The position numbers and the translations under genes are program-made. Below are positions 1-8,322 of a stretch of DNA of 64,000 nucleotides, in pieces. The DNA lies in assembly GCA_041906505.1 (NCBI GenBank), contig JAYRJB010000001.1, positions 10,585 through 74,584 of the forward strand, read 5' to 3'. Origin of the DNA: Candidatus Saccharimonadales bacterium. GTDB lineage: Bacteria > Patescibacteriota > Saccharimonadia > Saccharimonadales > 2-12-FULL-41-12. Each line of letters opens with the position of its first letter. Within the stretch, counting starts at the first letter, position 1. The notes beneath the pieces are model-generated. The model was not told the origin of the DNA and ran no database searches. It saw only the letters and a program-made list of their open reading frames with translations.

Positions 1-1214
1 AAGATATATTTGCGACTGGTAACACAACCTCTGATATCTATTGCTATTTCTATGAATTATCTTTCAATCTTTTAAGAGATGGGGGTTTTGGTACTTACAT
101 AACTAGCAACAAATGGCTTCGTGCTAATTACGGAAAAAACATTCGTTCGTTTTTAAAGAAGAATACTAAGATAGTAGAAGTTATAGATCTTGGCTCTAAT
201 CAATTCAACGCAGCCACGGTTGATACAAACACAATCCTATACCAAAAGATAAAACCTAATATAGATCATGAAGTGATTTTCAATGTATCTATTCCAAAGC
301 TACCGGATGAAGAGATCACAATAGATCAAGAAGATTTATCAGAAGACGGCTTTAGTTTTGCTAATAAGAAGGCTTTGGCGCTACTCGAGAAGATTGAGAA
401 AACGGGCAAGCGTCTAAAAGATTTGGAATCGCTAAAAATAAACTACGGTGTGCTCACAGGTAGAAATGAAGTGAAAACTGCGGAAGGTAAGGAGGGCGTG
501 TTTATTCTTAGCGAAGCTGAAGCACAGGCTCTAATCAATAAAGATGAAAAATCAAAAGAAATGCTTAAACCAATCCTCAGGGGTCGAGATATCAAGCGAT
601 ATGATATAAGCTGGGCTAGAAAATATCTACTTGCTATATACTACGGCTTTAATACACAAATTGACAACTATCCTGCTATTAAAGAACATCTAATTAAACA
701 CGAAGCTACTCTTAGATCACGAGCACAAGTAAATAGGGGTGATCATCATTGGATGGAGCTCGATCAGAACCCAAGCCAATCATTTATGGAGGAGTTTTCT
801 GAGAAAAAAATAGTCTTCCCGATAATATCAAGCGTGCCATCTTTTTCTCTTGATGAACACGGATACTTTCATAACGATAAAGCATTTCATATTATCGGTG
901 ATGATCTTGAGTATGTTATAGCCTTTTTGAACTCTAAACTTTCAGACTGGACAATTCACCACTATGGCCCTACTTTGGGCAGCGGAGGCTTTGAATATAG
1001 GAAGATATTCATTGAAAAGCTTCCTCTAGTAGTACCGGGTGAAAAAAATAGTAGTTTAGTTCAACAAATTAAGAATCTAGTAGTGCAGATCAATAATTCT
1101 ACAAGCCAAGAAAAAAATCATGAGTATGAAGAGAAAATTGACAATTTATTTTATGAGCTCTACGACCTAACAAGCGAAGAGATAGAACTTATAGAAGGCA
1201 CAAAAAATGAGTGA
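1..1214 (+). CDS. N6-adenine DNA methyltransferase, Eco57I/TaqI-C (type IIG or BREX PglX-like) family, C-terminal part; 5' end lies outside the window
   Basis: The frame of the 273..1214 ORF stays open back to nt 3 (DIFATGNTTSDIYCYFYELSFNLLRDGGFGTYITSNKWLRANYGKNIRSFL...). The SNKWLRANYG block and following region resemble the Eco57I-type methylase core end plus a TaqI-like C-terminal target-recognition domain. The catalytic NPPY motif would be upstream of the window. Confidence 0.65.
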   Translation, partial: DIFATGNTTSDIYCYFYELSFNLLRDGGFGTYITSNKWLRANYGKNIRSFLKKNTKIVEVIDLGSNQFNAATVDTNTILYQKIKPNIDHEVIFNVSIPKLPDEEITIDQEDLSEDGFSFANKKALALLEKIEKTGKRLKDLESLKINYGVLTGRNEVKTAEGKEGVFILSEAEAQALINKDEKSKEMLKPILRGRDIKRYDISWARKYLLAIYYGFNTQIDNYPAIKEHLIKHEATLRSRAQVNRGDHHWMELDQNPSQSFMEEFSEKKIVFPIISSVPSFSLDEHGYFHNDKAFHIIGDDLEYVIAFLNSKLSDWTIHHYGPTLGSGGFEYRKIFIEKLPLVVPGEKNSSLVQQIKNLVVQINNSTSQEKNHEYEEKIDNLFYELYDLTSEEIELIEGTKNE

Positions 1215-1977
1215 ATATTACAAGGGAAAACGAACAAGGAATATCTACTCACCCACTGACGATAAACCATTCAAATTATCTCGCTCCAAAATCGACCTAT
1301 TCATGGAGTGTCCGCGATGTTTTTATATCGATAGACGTCTTGGGCTTGGGCGACCACCAGGATTCCCATTTGCATTGAATACCGCTGTAGATACGATGCT
1401 CAAGAAAGAGTTTGATGCATTGCGTGAAAATGGTGGTTCACATCCACTGCTCGATCAATTTGGTGTAGATGCTAGGCCTGCCCCACACGATATGATTGAC
1501 GAATGGCGCGAGAACTTTAAAGGAGTTCAATACTTACACGAGCCAACAAACCTGATAATTACTGGTGCAATCGATGATCTATGGATTAACAGCAGGGGCG
1601 AATACATTGTTGCTGACTACAAAGCCACAGCTAAAGAAGAGCCTGTCACGGAGCTGTCAGATAAGGACTACCACAACAGCTACCGCCGACAGCTGGAGGT
1701 TTACCAGTGGCTTCTACGCAGAAACGGCTTGAATGTCTCAGATATGGCGTATTGGGTGTACTGCACAGGCAATCCTAACGAAGAATCATTCGATGCTGTA
1801 ATCAACTTCGACATTCATGTCATCTCACACGAAGGTAGTGACGACTGGGTCGAACCCACAATACTTGAGCTGAAGAAAACCCTAGACTCGGACGTTATAC
1901 CTGAGGCTGACCCTGATTGCGACTATTGCTTGTACTGGAGCGACCGTGATGAAGTCGTTAAAGAAGCAGAAGCTTAG
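1207..1977 (+). CDS. PD-(D/E)XK nuclease, Cas4/RecB-like, with 2+2 cysteine metal cluster
   Basis: GAIDDLW...YIVADYKAT gives D...D-x-K. RRQLEVYQWLL gives a QxxxY motif. CPRC sits near the N-terminus and CDYC near the C-terminus. The gene overlaps the upstream methylase by 8 nt. Confidence 0.6.
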   Translation: MSEYYKGKRTRNIYSPTDDKPFKLSRSKIDLFMECPRCFYIDRRLGLGRPPGFPFALNTAVDTMLKKEFDALRENGGSHPLLDQFGVDARPAPHDMIDEWRENFKGVQYLHEPTNLIITGAIDDLWINSRGEYIVADYKATAKEEPVTELSDKDYHNSYRRQLEVYQWLLRRNGLNVSDMAYWVYCTGNPNEESFDAVINFDIHVISHEGSDDWVEPTILELKKTLDSDVIPEADPDCDYCLYWSDRDEVVKEAEA

Positions 1978-1983
1978 TAGCCT

Positions 1984-3495
1984 TTATTTACGCTTTCGCT
2001 CATCCAAATACTTAATAGCGTAGTACTCGTGGTGCTCCCAGCCGCGTGACGTTTGCATAGCCCAACCAAAGGATACCTCCCAACGGACATTGGACTGGAT
2101 GTAGTTCAATCCCATCGACATAGCGTCTGCTAGGTCATCATACTTTTCAACTCCAAAGCCAACCAGCTGCTGCACCATCGGTGCAATTTTTCTGTCTTTT
2201 GGGAAGTAAACCTTCCCCATCTGAAACAGAGCACTAACGAGCTGTAATCTTGCACGTTTATCAGTATGCACCTTCACGCCTTTAGCTTTGATGTCTCGAC
2301 TATGCAATTGCTCAGTGACTGCCGCCTGATACTGGACTGATTCCACCAGCACCATCGGCTCCTTTTTGCTTGCAGCGTTAAGTGCCTGGTAGATTTGTTC
2401 TATTCGGTTAAGCGTATCAAGGTGTGTTATGCGCTCATTTACATACTGAATATCTATGAAATAACGCCTGTCTTCTGATTTGTAGCCATACAAATGGATC
2501 ACAACTATTGCCGTCTTATCAGCAGTGTCGGATTGGGATATCGCCAGGTCTACTGAAACAAACGAATTTATATACTCATTTTTCTTTGTTCGTTCTGGCA
2601 ATTCTTCATAGTATTGAATCCAGCGCGAATCAATAACTTGATCTTCGTCTGGAATGATCCGTAACATGTACTCGCGCTCCCAAGATATCGGGTTTCCGAT
2701 AGACCGTCTGAGCTTATTTAGAGCGGCTTTATCGGGGTACTTGCCAGGCCAAAGGCTTTTGTTGCCACGCATAATCGGCCACTCGTGGTAGCTGCCATCA
2801 ACTTCACGTTTATCGATCCGTTCTTTTAGTCGCATCAGCAGCGAATCTTCGTGCAGTAAGTTACCAACCGCAATTCGTTTAGTGTTGGTGTCGCCTGCAG
2901 GGATTATTTCGCTTGTATACCAGTCAAATGTCTTGTTACGGCCTTCACGGGTCTTCACAGACGCCATATCTTCTACATCATCGGCTATTATCAGGTCTGG
3001 GCGGTATCGTCCGTGACGGATGCCACGAACACTTTGTTCTGTAGAGATTGCTGTAATACGAGCGTTGTACTTTGGAATATAAAGTGAGGTAGAGCCCCAC
3101 TCTTCACGCTGTTCTACAAATGGCCCCATATCATTCTTCAAAAGGTCATTACTTTCAAGTTCACGCTTGATGTTCATTAGGTGGACCCGTGCTTGGTACT
3201 GAGTTTGGCTGGCAATTAGCACAAATTTTTTCTGCTGTTTACCAAGCACTGCCCAAATAGGATAGCTCATAGTCATGATTGTAGATTTACCCGAACCTCG
3301 AAAAGCCACCACTACTGACAGCGGATTACTTTCGTCTTCTGTTAGAGCAAATAGCTGACGGTGCAGGTCTGCAGTTTCGTGCGTCAAATAGCCTGCAAAG
3401 TATGTCGAGAAGAACCACTCGTGGCTCTGCGAAGTAACTGCTGTACGCAGCTCTCGATCAGTAAATAACTTCTGCTGTAATTCATTTGGTTTCAT
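1984..3495 (-). CDS. terL: phage terminase large subunit
   Basis: Walker A-like FRGSGKST and Walker B-like DLIIADDVED are present, and the C-terminal half fits an RNaseH-like nuclease region. The start is moved to Met7 (3495), which is preceded by AAGGAG. Confidence 0.7.
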   Translation of the reverse strand: MKPNELQQKLFTDRELRTAVTSQSHEWFFSTYFAGYLTHETADLHRQLFALTEDESNPLSVVVAFRGSGKSTIMTMSYPIWAVLGKQQKKFVLIASQTQYQARVHLMNIKRELESNDLLKNDMGPFVEQREEWGSTSLYIPKYNARITAISTEQSVRGIRHGRYRPDLIIADDVEDMASVKTREGRNKTFDWYTSEIIPAGDTNTKRIAVGNLLHEDSLLMRLKERIDKREVDGSYHEWPIMRGNKSLWPGKYPDKAALNKLRRSIGNPISWEREYMLRIIPDEDQVIDSRWIQYYEELPERTKKNEYINSFVSVDLAISQSDTADKTAIVVIHLYGYKSEDRRYFIDIQYVNERITHLDTLNRIEQIYQALNAASKKEPMVLVESVQYQAAVTEQLHSRDIKAKGVKVHTDKRARLQLVSALFQMGKVYFPKDRKIAPMVQQLVGFGVEKYDDLADAMSMGLNYIQSNVRWEVSFGWAMQTSRGWEHHEYYAIKYLDERKRK

Positions 3496-3898
3496 TTTCT
3501 TGGTCTCCTTCATTTTTAATTAGCCCAGCCAACCGTAGTGCTTGTGATACAAGCTCGGTTTGCTCGGGAGTTAGTCCTTGTTGAACGCCTTCAATCTTGG
3601 TATCTACTTCTACACGGTTGCGGTAGGCACGCCGGTGATGCTTCAACCAAAACATTATTGCGGTCATATTCTGTTCTTTAATGGCATTTATTAACTGGCT
3701 TTCTGCCATGTCGCTAATCAGCCCAGCACTTTGGTCGATAGCTTCGTCTACTGATTCAGCAAACTCTTCATCATCTTTACGCCAGCGGTAAAAGGTACTG
3801 CGAGGGATGCCTGCTTGTTTGCAGGCAGCCTCCACAATTGGTGTACGCTTCAACTTGGCTAGCACTTTGGCTTTGTCTTTTTCCTGATTACGGCTCAT
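3482..3898 (-). CDS. phage terminase small subunit-like HTH protein
   Basis: It has an HTH (GIPRSTFYRWRKDDEEF) and the MFWLKHHRRAYRNR block typical of small terminases. The start at Met31 forms an ATGA overlap with the upstream gene's stop, and the gene overlaps terL. Confidence 0.55.
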   Translation of the reverse strand: MSRNQEKDKAKVLAKLKRTPIVEAACKQAGIPRSTFYRWRKDDEEFAESVDEAIDQSAGLISDMAESQLINAIKEQNMTAIMFWLKHHRRAYRNRVEVDTKIEGVQQGLTPEQTELVSQALRLAGLIKNEGDQENETK

Positions 3899-5217
3899 GT
3901 CAGCAGCTCCCGCTTTTGACCCGTTAGTTTTTCCCAGCGCTTCAAAGCTACCTCGGCATAGACAGGAGACTTCTCCATGATGTAGCAACGACGATTTAGC
4001 TTACTGCTGGCGATTAGCGTTGATCCGCTACCACAGAAGGGCTCTACCACTAGGTCACCACGCTTTGTGAGCACCTTGATATATGGAATTAAGATCTCCA
4101 ATGGCTTGGTGCCAAACACCACGCCTTGACCGGAGTGTTTTTCATCACTAGCTTGGAATTCTATAAAGTCGGTTGGTTGGTATTTCTTACCGCCTTTGTA
4201 ACCCTCCCATTGGGGTTTGCCGCTGATGGCATACAGTGCCGTTTCATGCTCCTCTTGCAAACCAGCTGACTCTTCATCGTGATTGTAGGGTATGGCGCCG
4301 CTGCCGCCGACCATGGCGATGTCATGTTTGCTAAAGAACTTGTATTTGGCACTAAAGCCCTGGTGTCGGTTGGGTAAGTGCCAGACGATCATGTTTTTGA
4401 CTTTCCAGTACTTTTCCATCTCAGCCCATATGACACGGAGGTTCTTCCAGTTTTCATATACTATGATGCTGTAGTCAGGCTTAGCGTACCTAGCAACATT
4501 TGCCATCCAAAGTTCTGTAAAGTTATCAGGCAGTTCGTCAGTCTCAAGGTAGCGGCGATTTTTCTTAGCCCCAAAGCCGGTAGTTGGTTTGCCGCCACGC
4601 TTGGCGTGCAAGTAATCTAAGATGTAGGGTGGATCGGTCATGCACATGTCTGCAGACTCGCCGTTCATAAGCTTATCGAAATCTTCTGGTATAGTACTGT
4701 CACCAACCATCAGGCGCGAATCACCCAGCTTGTAGACGTCACCTTTCTTGGCTTTAACTTGCTTGATATCTAGCTTCTTGAGCTCTTTTTCGAGATCAAA
4801 ATTCTCTGGCTCGTCCACTTCGATATCAAAAATAGTATCCAGCTCCTCACTGCTGAAGCCGATATCATCCAATAGGGATTCATCGAATTCGGACAATAAA
4901 TCCCAGTCCCAATCACCTTGGTTTTTGTTGAGCCGAAGGTTCAGCTCTCGCTCTTTTTCTTCCTCTGGAATATCCAGATACACCACTGGCACTTCGGTTA
5001 AACCCAGATCTTTAGCCACCTTCAGCCGAAAATGCCCACCGATCACGATGTTTTTGCGCTGCTGCGAACCGTTAACCAGGATTGGGTCAACCAGCCCGAA
5101 CCGCTTGATGCTTTCTGTTAGCTGTTCCGTGGTGTCTTCATTCCACGATCGTGGATTATAATCGGACGGTTTGAGGTCGCCGATTTTCACCTGTTGTATT
5201 GATAATTTGCTCGTCAT
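3895..5217 (-). CDS. ParB-like nuclease domain fused to N4/N6 DNA methyltransferase (phage type)
   Basis: The N-terminus is ParB-like (DYNPRSW, GGHFRL). It has the catalytic MTDPPY motif and a C-terminal SAM motif EPFCGSGSTLIA. The start at 5217 is preceded by AAGGAG. Confidence 0.8.
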   Translation of the reverse strand: MTSKLSIQQVKIGDLKPSDYNPRSWNEDTTEQLTESIKRFGLVDPILVNGSQQRKNIVIGGHFRLKVAKDLGLTEVPVVYLDIPEEEKERELNLRLNKNQGDWDWDLLSEFDESLLDDIGFSSEELDTIFDIEVDEPENFDLEKELKKLDIKQVKAKKGDVYKLGDSRLMVGDSTIPEDFDKLMNGESADMCMTDPPYILDYLHAKRGGKPTTGFGAKKNRRYLETDELPDNFTELWMANVARYAKPDYSIIVYENWKNLRVIWAEMEKYWKVKNMIVWHLPNRHQGFSAKYKFFSKHDIAMVGGSGAIPYNHDEESAGLQEEHETALYAISGKPQWEGYKGGKKYQPTDFIEFQASDEKHSGQGVVFGTKPLEILIPYIKVLTKRGDLVVEPFCGSGSTLIASSKLNRRCYIMEKSPVYAEVALKRWEKLTGQKRELLT

Positions 5218-5251
5218 ATATGCTCCTTTTGTTAAGTTATGACAAACCAAT

Positions 5252-5283
5252 TAAAAATCGTCCTGACAAAAAATATCAGGACG
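5252..5283 (-). terminator. rho-independent terminator (minus strand) between the wHTH gene and the ParB-methylase gene
   Basis: An 8-bp stem CGTCCTGA/TCAGGACG (5259-5266 / 5276-5283) is followed on the minus strand by ATTTTTAA. Confidence 0.55.
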
Positions 5284-5308
5284 AAAATGGGTCGAATGAG
5301 GGGCGAAA

Positions 5309-5905
5309 CTACTGTAAGTAGACCAGCCCTTTGGCAGCAATGCCTTGACCTGGAGGTCGATCGTAATCCAATTTGTAGCCTTGCTGGCTAAGTTGCCACT
5401 TTAGATCTTTGAAGTCTTTATCAAGCCTGTCAGTCTTTACATGTTCCCGAAGTGTTTTATAGTCTACTATTTCAGCGCGGCGATTCAGCAAAAGCTGCAA
5501 CAGCCTGCCACACTTTGATGAACTAGGGTTTAGGATTTTAAGTTCATTTCCATCAATCTTGAAGTAGCCATACTCGGCTTCTTCAACTAGTAGATATTTA
5601 TCCGGAGGTCGACCAAGACAATCCTCCGTTTGGCCAACAGGTCTTGGCACGTAGTAAATCGGCTTAAATGTAAATAAGAACCGCAATGGTTCGACTATTT
5701 TCATTATTGATTCAGTGATAATCTCAATCCAGCGTTTCATTCGCTCAGCGATTAGCTGGAGTGACTTTCGCATTGGCTCCATGTACTCATGGAGCACCTT
5801 AGCTGCTGTTACTTGGGCAGAAAGAGCATTGTTCATTGCCGCAGCGGTTGCGCCAAAGTTGAAAGCAGATGCTACTTTTATTTGAAGTGATTTGTTGATA
5901 TCCAT
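5309..5905 (-). CDS. hypothetical protein with possible C-terminal winged-helix DNA-binding domain
   Basis: The ORF is trimmed to Met70 (MDINKSL...), which has a GAGGT RBS. The C-terminal LLNRRAEIVDYKTLREHV...GQGIAAKGLVYLQ resembles an OmpR-type wHTH. Confidence 0.4.
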   Translation of the reverse strand: MDINKSLQIKVASAFNFGATAAAMNNALSAQVTAAKVLHEYMEPMRKSLQLIAERMKRWIEIITESIMKIVEPLRFLFTFKPIYYVPRPVGQTEDCLGRPPDKYLLVEEAEYGYFKIDGNELKILNPSSSKCGRLLQLLLNRRAEIVDYKTLREHVKTDRLDKDFKDLKWQLSQQGYKLDYDRPPGQGIAAKGLVYLQ

Positions 5906-5924
5906 ATCATTAGACCTCGCAACT

Positions 5925-6236
5925 CTAACGAACCCCACAAGGTGGGTTATGGAATTCACGTACAGCAGATTCAAGCGCCATCCTATCTGCAGCGCTACAG
6001 TAACATGCCGACACATATAACTTGTCACTAACGTGTAGATTCCACTGGTCCTTGCGGTTGTGTGAATTGATGCGATTTTGGACGTCTTCAGACTCGCCGA
6101 CATCCAGAACACGGTGTAACCCGTTTACTATTGTTGTTATTACGTATACCCCTGACTGCGCCAAAAGTGAAGCGATTGAGGTATGAGGACCGTCGAACTG
6201 TACTGGCCCTTGTTGAGTGTGAACGTTTAAGCTCAT
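5925..6236 (-). CDS. small hypothetical protein, weakly GIY-YIG-like
   Basis: SGVYVIT...VLDVGESEDVQNRINSH loosely fits GIY...YIG...R...H. It has a GAGAGGG RBS and is the first gene of the leftward operon from the switch region. Confidence 0.35.
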   Translation of the reverse strand: MSLNVHTQQGPVQFDGPHTSIASLLAQSGVYVITTIVNGLHRVLDVGESEDVQNRINSHNRKDQWNLHVSDKLYVSACYCSAADRMALESAVREFHNPPCGVR

Positions 6237-6313
6237 GATTACCCTCTCTTAGTTGTTAAATTTTGCTTTTGTGTATCCCGGTGCTCCACCTTGCACTTTG
6301 ATCACTATCTTAT

Positions 6314-6386
6314 AGTTTAGCTAACCGTAAAAGGGGTGTCAACAGATTTGTTGACACTTGAGTAATTATGACGTTATATGTATAAT
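6314..6386. promoter_or_regulatory. divergent promoter pair sharing one palindromic operator
   Basis: The perfect inverted repeat GTGTCAACA-gatt-TGTTGACAC lies at 6336-6357. Each arm holds a TTGACA -35 hexamer, on the minus strand at 6337-6342 and on the plus strand at 6351-6356. The minus-strand -10 TAAACT (6314-6319) has a 17-nt spacer. A plus-strand TATAAT at 6381-6386 pairs with a -35-like TTGAGT at 6358-6363 (17-nt spacer) and ends 8 nt before the ATG at 6395. Confidence 0.45.
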
Positions 6387-6394
6387 AACATCTA

Positions 6395-7042
6395 ATGAAT
6401 GAGACACAGGAACGAATACTAGCATTAGCAAAACAGAATGATGTTAGTGCCATGGGGGTGCGGGAGTTAGCCCGTCAACTAGGTGTACATCCACAAACCG
6501 CCAAGTATCATCGTGAACAACTAATAAAAAAGGGGCTGATACGTCGCACTGGCACATTTAAGGCATCAACGGTTGAACAGAACATATTTGACGGTGCAGA
6601 TTTAGTAACCATACCCTACTTAGGTGCTGCAAATTGTGGTCCCGCTGCACGCTTTGCTGGTTCGGAGCCTGAAGGACGTATTGGCGTATCTTCACGCTTG
6701 CTTAGAACCAAAAAATTCGGATCGCTCTTTGCTATTAAAGCTGATGGTAATTCAATGAATCAAGCTAACTTATTCGGGGAGCCAATTGAAGACGGAGATT
6801 TTGTTATCGTTGATAGCGAAGTGGAACCAAGAAAAAACGATTATGTTGTTGCAACGGTAAATAATCTAGCAAATATTAAAAAATTTGTGCCTGAGTTCGG
6901 ATCTGACGGAACTCTACATAGGATTATTCTCGTTTCTGAATCTTCATCAGAGTATGAGCCAATATTCATTCATCCTGAAGACGAAGATGAAGGATTAATC
7001 GCAGGTGTTGCTATCCAAGTTTTAAAAAAACCTATTATGTAG
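6395..7042 (+). CDS. LexA/CI/UmuD-like repressor (N-terminal wHTH plus S24 peptidase domain)
   Basis: The wHTH reads GVRELARQLGVHPQTAKYHREQLIKKGLIRR. The hinge IPYLGAANCGPA has Cys81-Gly82 where LexA has Ala-Gly (UmuD uses Cys-Gly). The catalytic Ser sits in ADGNSM (Ser120) and the Lys in ANIKKF (Lys162/163). Confidence 0.8.
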   Translation: MNETQERILALAKQNDVSAMGVRELARQLGVHPQTAKYHREQLIKKGLIRRTGTFKASTVEQNIFDGADLVTIPYLGAANCGPAARFAGSEPEGRIGVSSRLLRTKKFGSLFAIKADGNSMNQANLFGEPIEDGDFVIVDSEVEPRKNDYVVATVNNLANIKKFVPEFGSDGTLHRIILVSESSSEYEPIFIHPEDEDEGLIAGVAIQVLKKPIM

Positions 7043-7051
7043 GTACTCTTC

Positions 7052-8290
7052 ATGTCTACTGAGTATCGTAATAATCACTATGTTCCCCAGTGGTATCAAA
7101 AAAGATTTATACCCGGCATCCAGGAAAATAAAGAATTATACTATTTAGACCTGAAACCGGGTACGTTTACTGATCCGAGAGGAGTTGTTCATCAGAAAAG
7201 AGCCATTCATAAGCAAGGCACACGATTATGTTTTGCGGAAGACGACCTTTACACAACGTGGTTTGGTGATGAACGGCAAGTTGAAATTGAAAAAATATTC
7301 TTTGGAAACGTAGATGCTCGCGGGCGCGATGCAGTTAAGTTTTTTGATGAATATAAGCACTTCGAATCTAGTTGGGATGGAGATCCGCTCCGCAATTTAA
7401 TGCTATACATGAGTACTCAAAAGCTTCGCACCCCGAAGGGGCTTGATTGGCTGGCGACGCAATTAGGTACTACCGACAGGAACGCTATTTTAAACTTAAT
7501 GCTCCAATTGAGACAAATTCATTCTGCAATATGGGTTGAGTGTATATGGCAAATCGCTGATGCAAATGAATCTGACACTAAGTTTATTATTTCGGACCAC
7601 CCGGTCACCATATACAACAAATTTTTAGGACCACGAAATAAGCAATGGTGTCGAGGTTCTAATGATCCAGATATCACCCTGAACGCATCCCACACTATTT
7701 TCCCGCTATCACTTAATAAGGTGTTGATTCTTACAAATTTATCCTGGCTTAGAAATCCATATCAAAATGGCACCAAGCAACGCCCAAACCCTAACCCATT
7801 GAGGCCAGCGATGTTTAACTTTCAGCACATACAAACAGGACGATTGCTTACAGAACAAGAAGTGAGAGAGATTAATTTCATTATAAAAAGTAGATCCTTC
7901 AAGCACATTGCAGCGGCACGAGAGGATTGGCTTTATCCTGAAAAATTTGTTTCAAAATCCGACTGGAACAGTTACGGCGATGGATTATTACTTATGCCAG
8001 ACCCAAGGGGAATTGAATTCGGCGGCGAAATGATTATGGGTTGGGACGACGGCAGATCTACTGCATTTGACGAATACGGTAGGCGTCCTTGGGAAAAGGG
8101 TTACGGCCAGCATGCAGGTCATAATGAGTTTCAGACACATTATCAGTTTAAGGGTGACTTTGCTGAAAAGTTTGGTCCTTATCGTCGTGGTAGGGGTATA
8201 AGTATGGGCGACATAGATCCAGAGTTTGACACAGATAGCATGCACGAATATCACCTAAGTCTGTCTAAAAAGAATCGTCGAAAGAAGTAG
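7052..8290 (+). CDS. DUF4238 domain protein
   Basis: It has the N-terminal signature NHYVPQWYQKRF and the central ISDHPV block typical of DUF4238. It starts 9 nt after the repressor gene's stop. Confidence 0.7.
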   Translation: MSTEYRNNHYVPQWYQKRFIPGIQENKELYYLDLKPGTFTDPRGVVHQKRAIHKQGTRLCFAEDDLYTTWFGDERQVEIEKIFFGNVDARGRDAVKFFDEYKHFESSWDGDPLRNLMLYMSTQKLRTPKGLDWLATQLGTTDRNAILNLMLQLRQIHSAIWVECIWQIADANESDTKFIISDHPVTIYNKFLGPRNKQWCRGSNDPDITLNASHTIFPLSLNKVLILTNLSWLRNPYQNGTKQRPNPNPLRPAMFNFQHIQTGRLLTEQEVREINFIIKSRSFKHIAAAREDWLYPEKFVSKSDWNSYGDGLLLMPDPRGIEFGGEMIMGWDDGRSTAFDEYGRRPWEKGYGQHAGHNEFQTHYQFKGDFAEKFGPYRRGRGISMGDIDPEFDTDSMHEYHLSLSKKNRRKK

Positions 8291-8322
8291 AGACCATTAG
8301 CCTTCAGGCGTAGAATAGTAAT

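Noticed and set aside
4748-5161. 137-aa Ser-rich ORF on the plus strand, plus other ORFs at 4161..4620, antisense to the ParB-methylase gene
   Set aside because: They lie entirely within a well-supported minus-strand gene. Their low-complexity composition is typical of antisense frames, and they have no RBS.
6336-6357. Idea that the S24 repressor is the chromosomal SOS LexA controlling uvrA, uvrC and ligA in this window
   Set aside because: I found no second copy of the TGTCAACA-n4-TGTTGACA palindrome upstream of uvrA (63856-63900), uvrC or ligA by eye. The gene context is phage-like, so a local CI-type role is more likely. A genome-wide motif search is needed.
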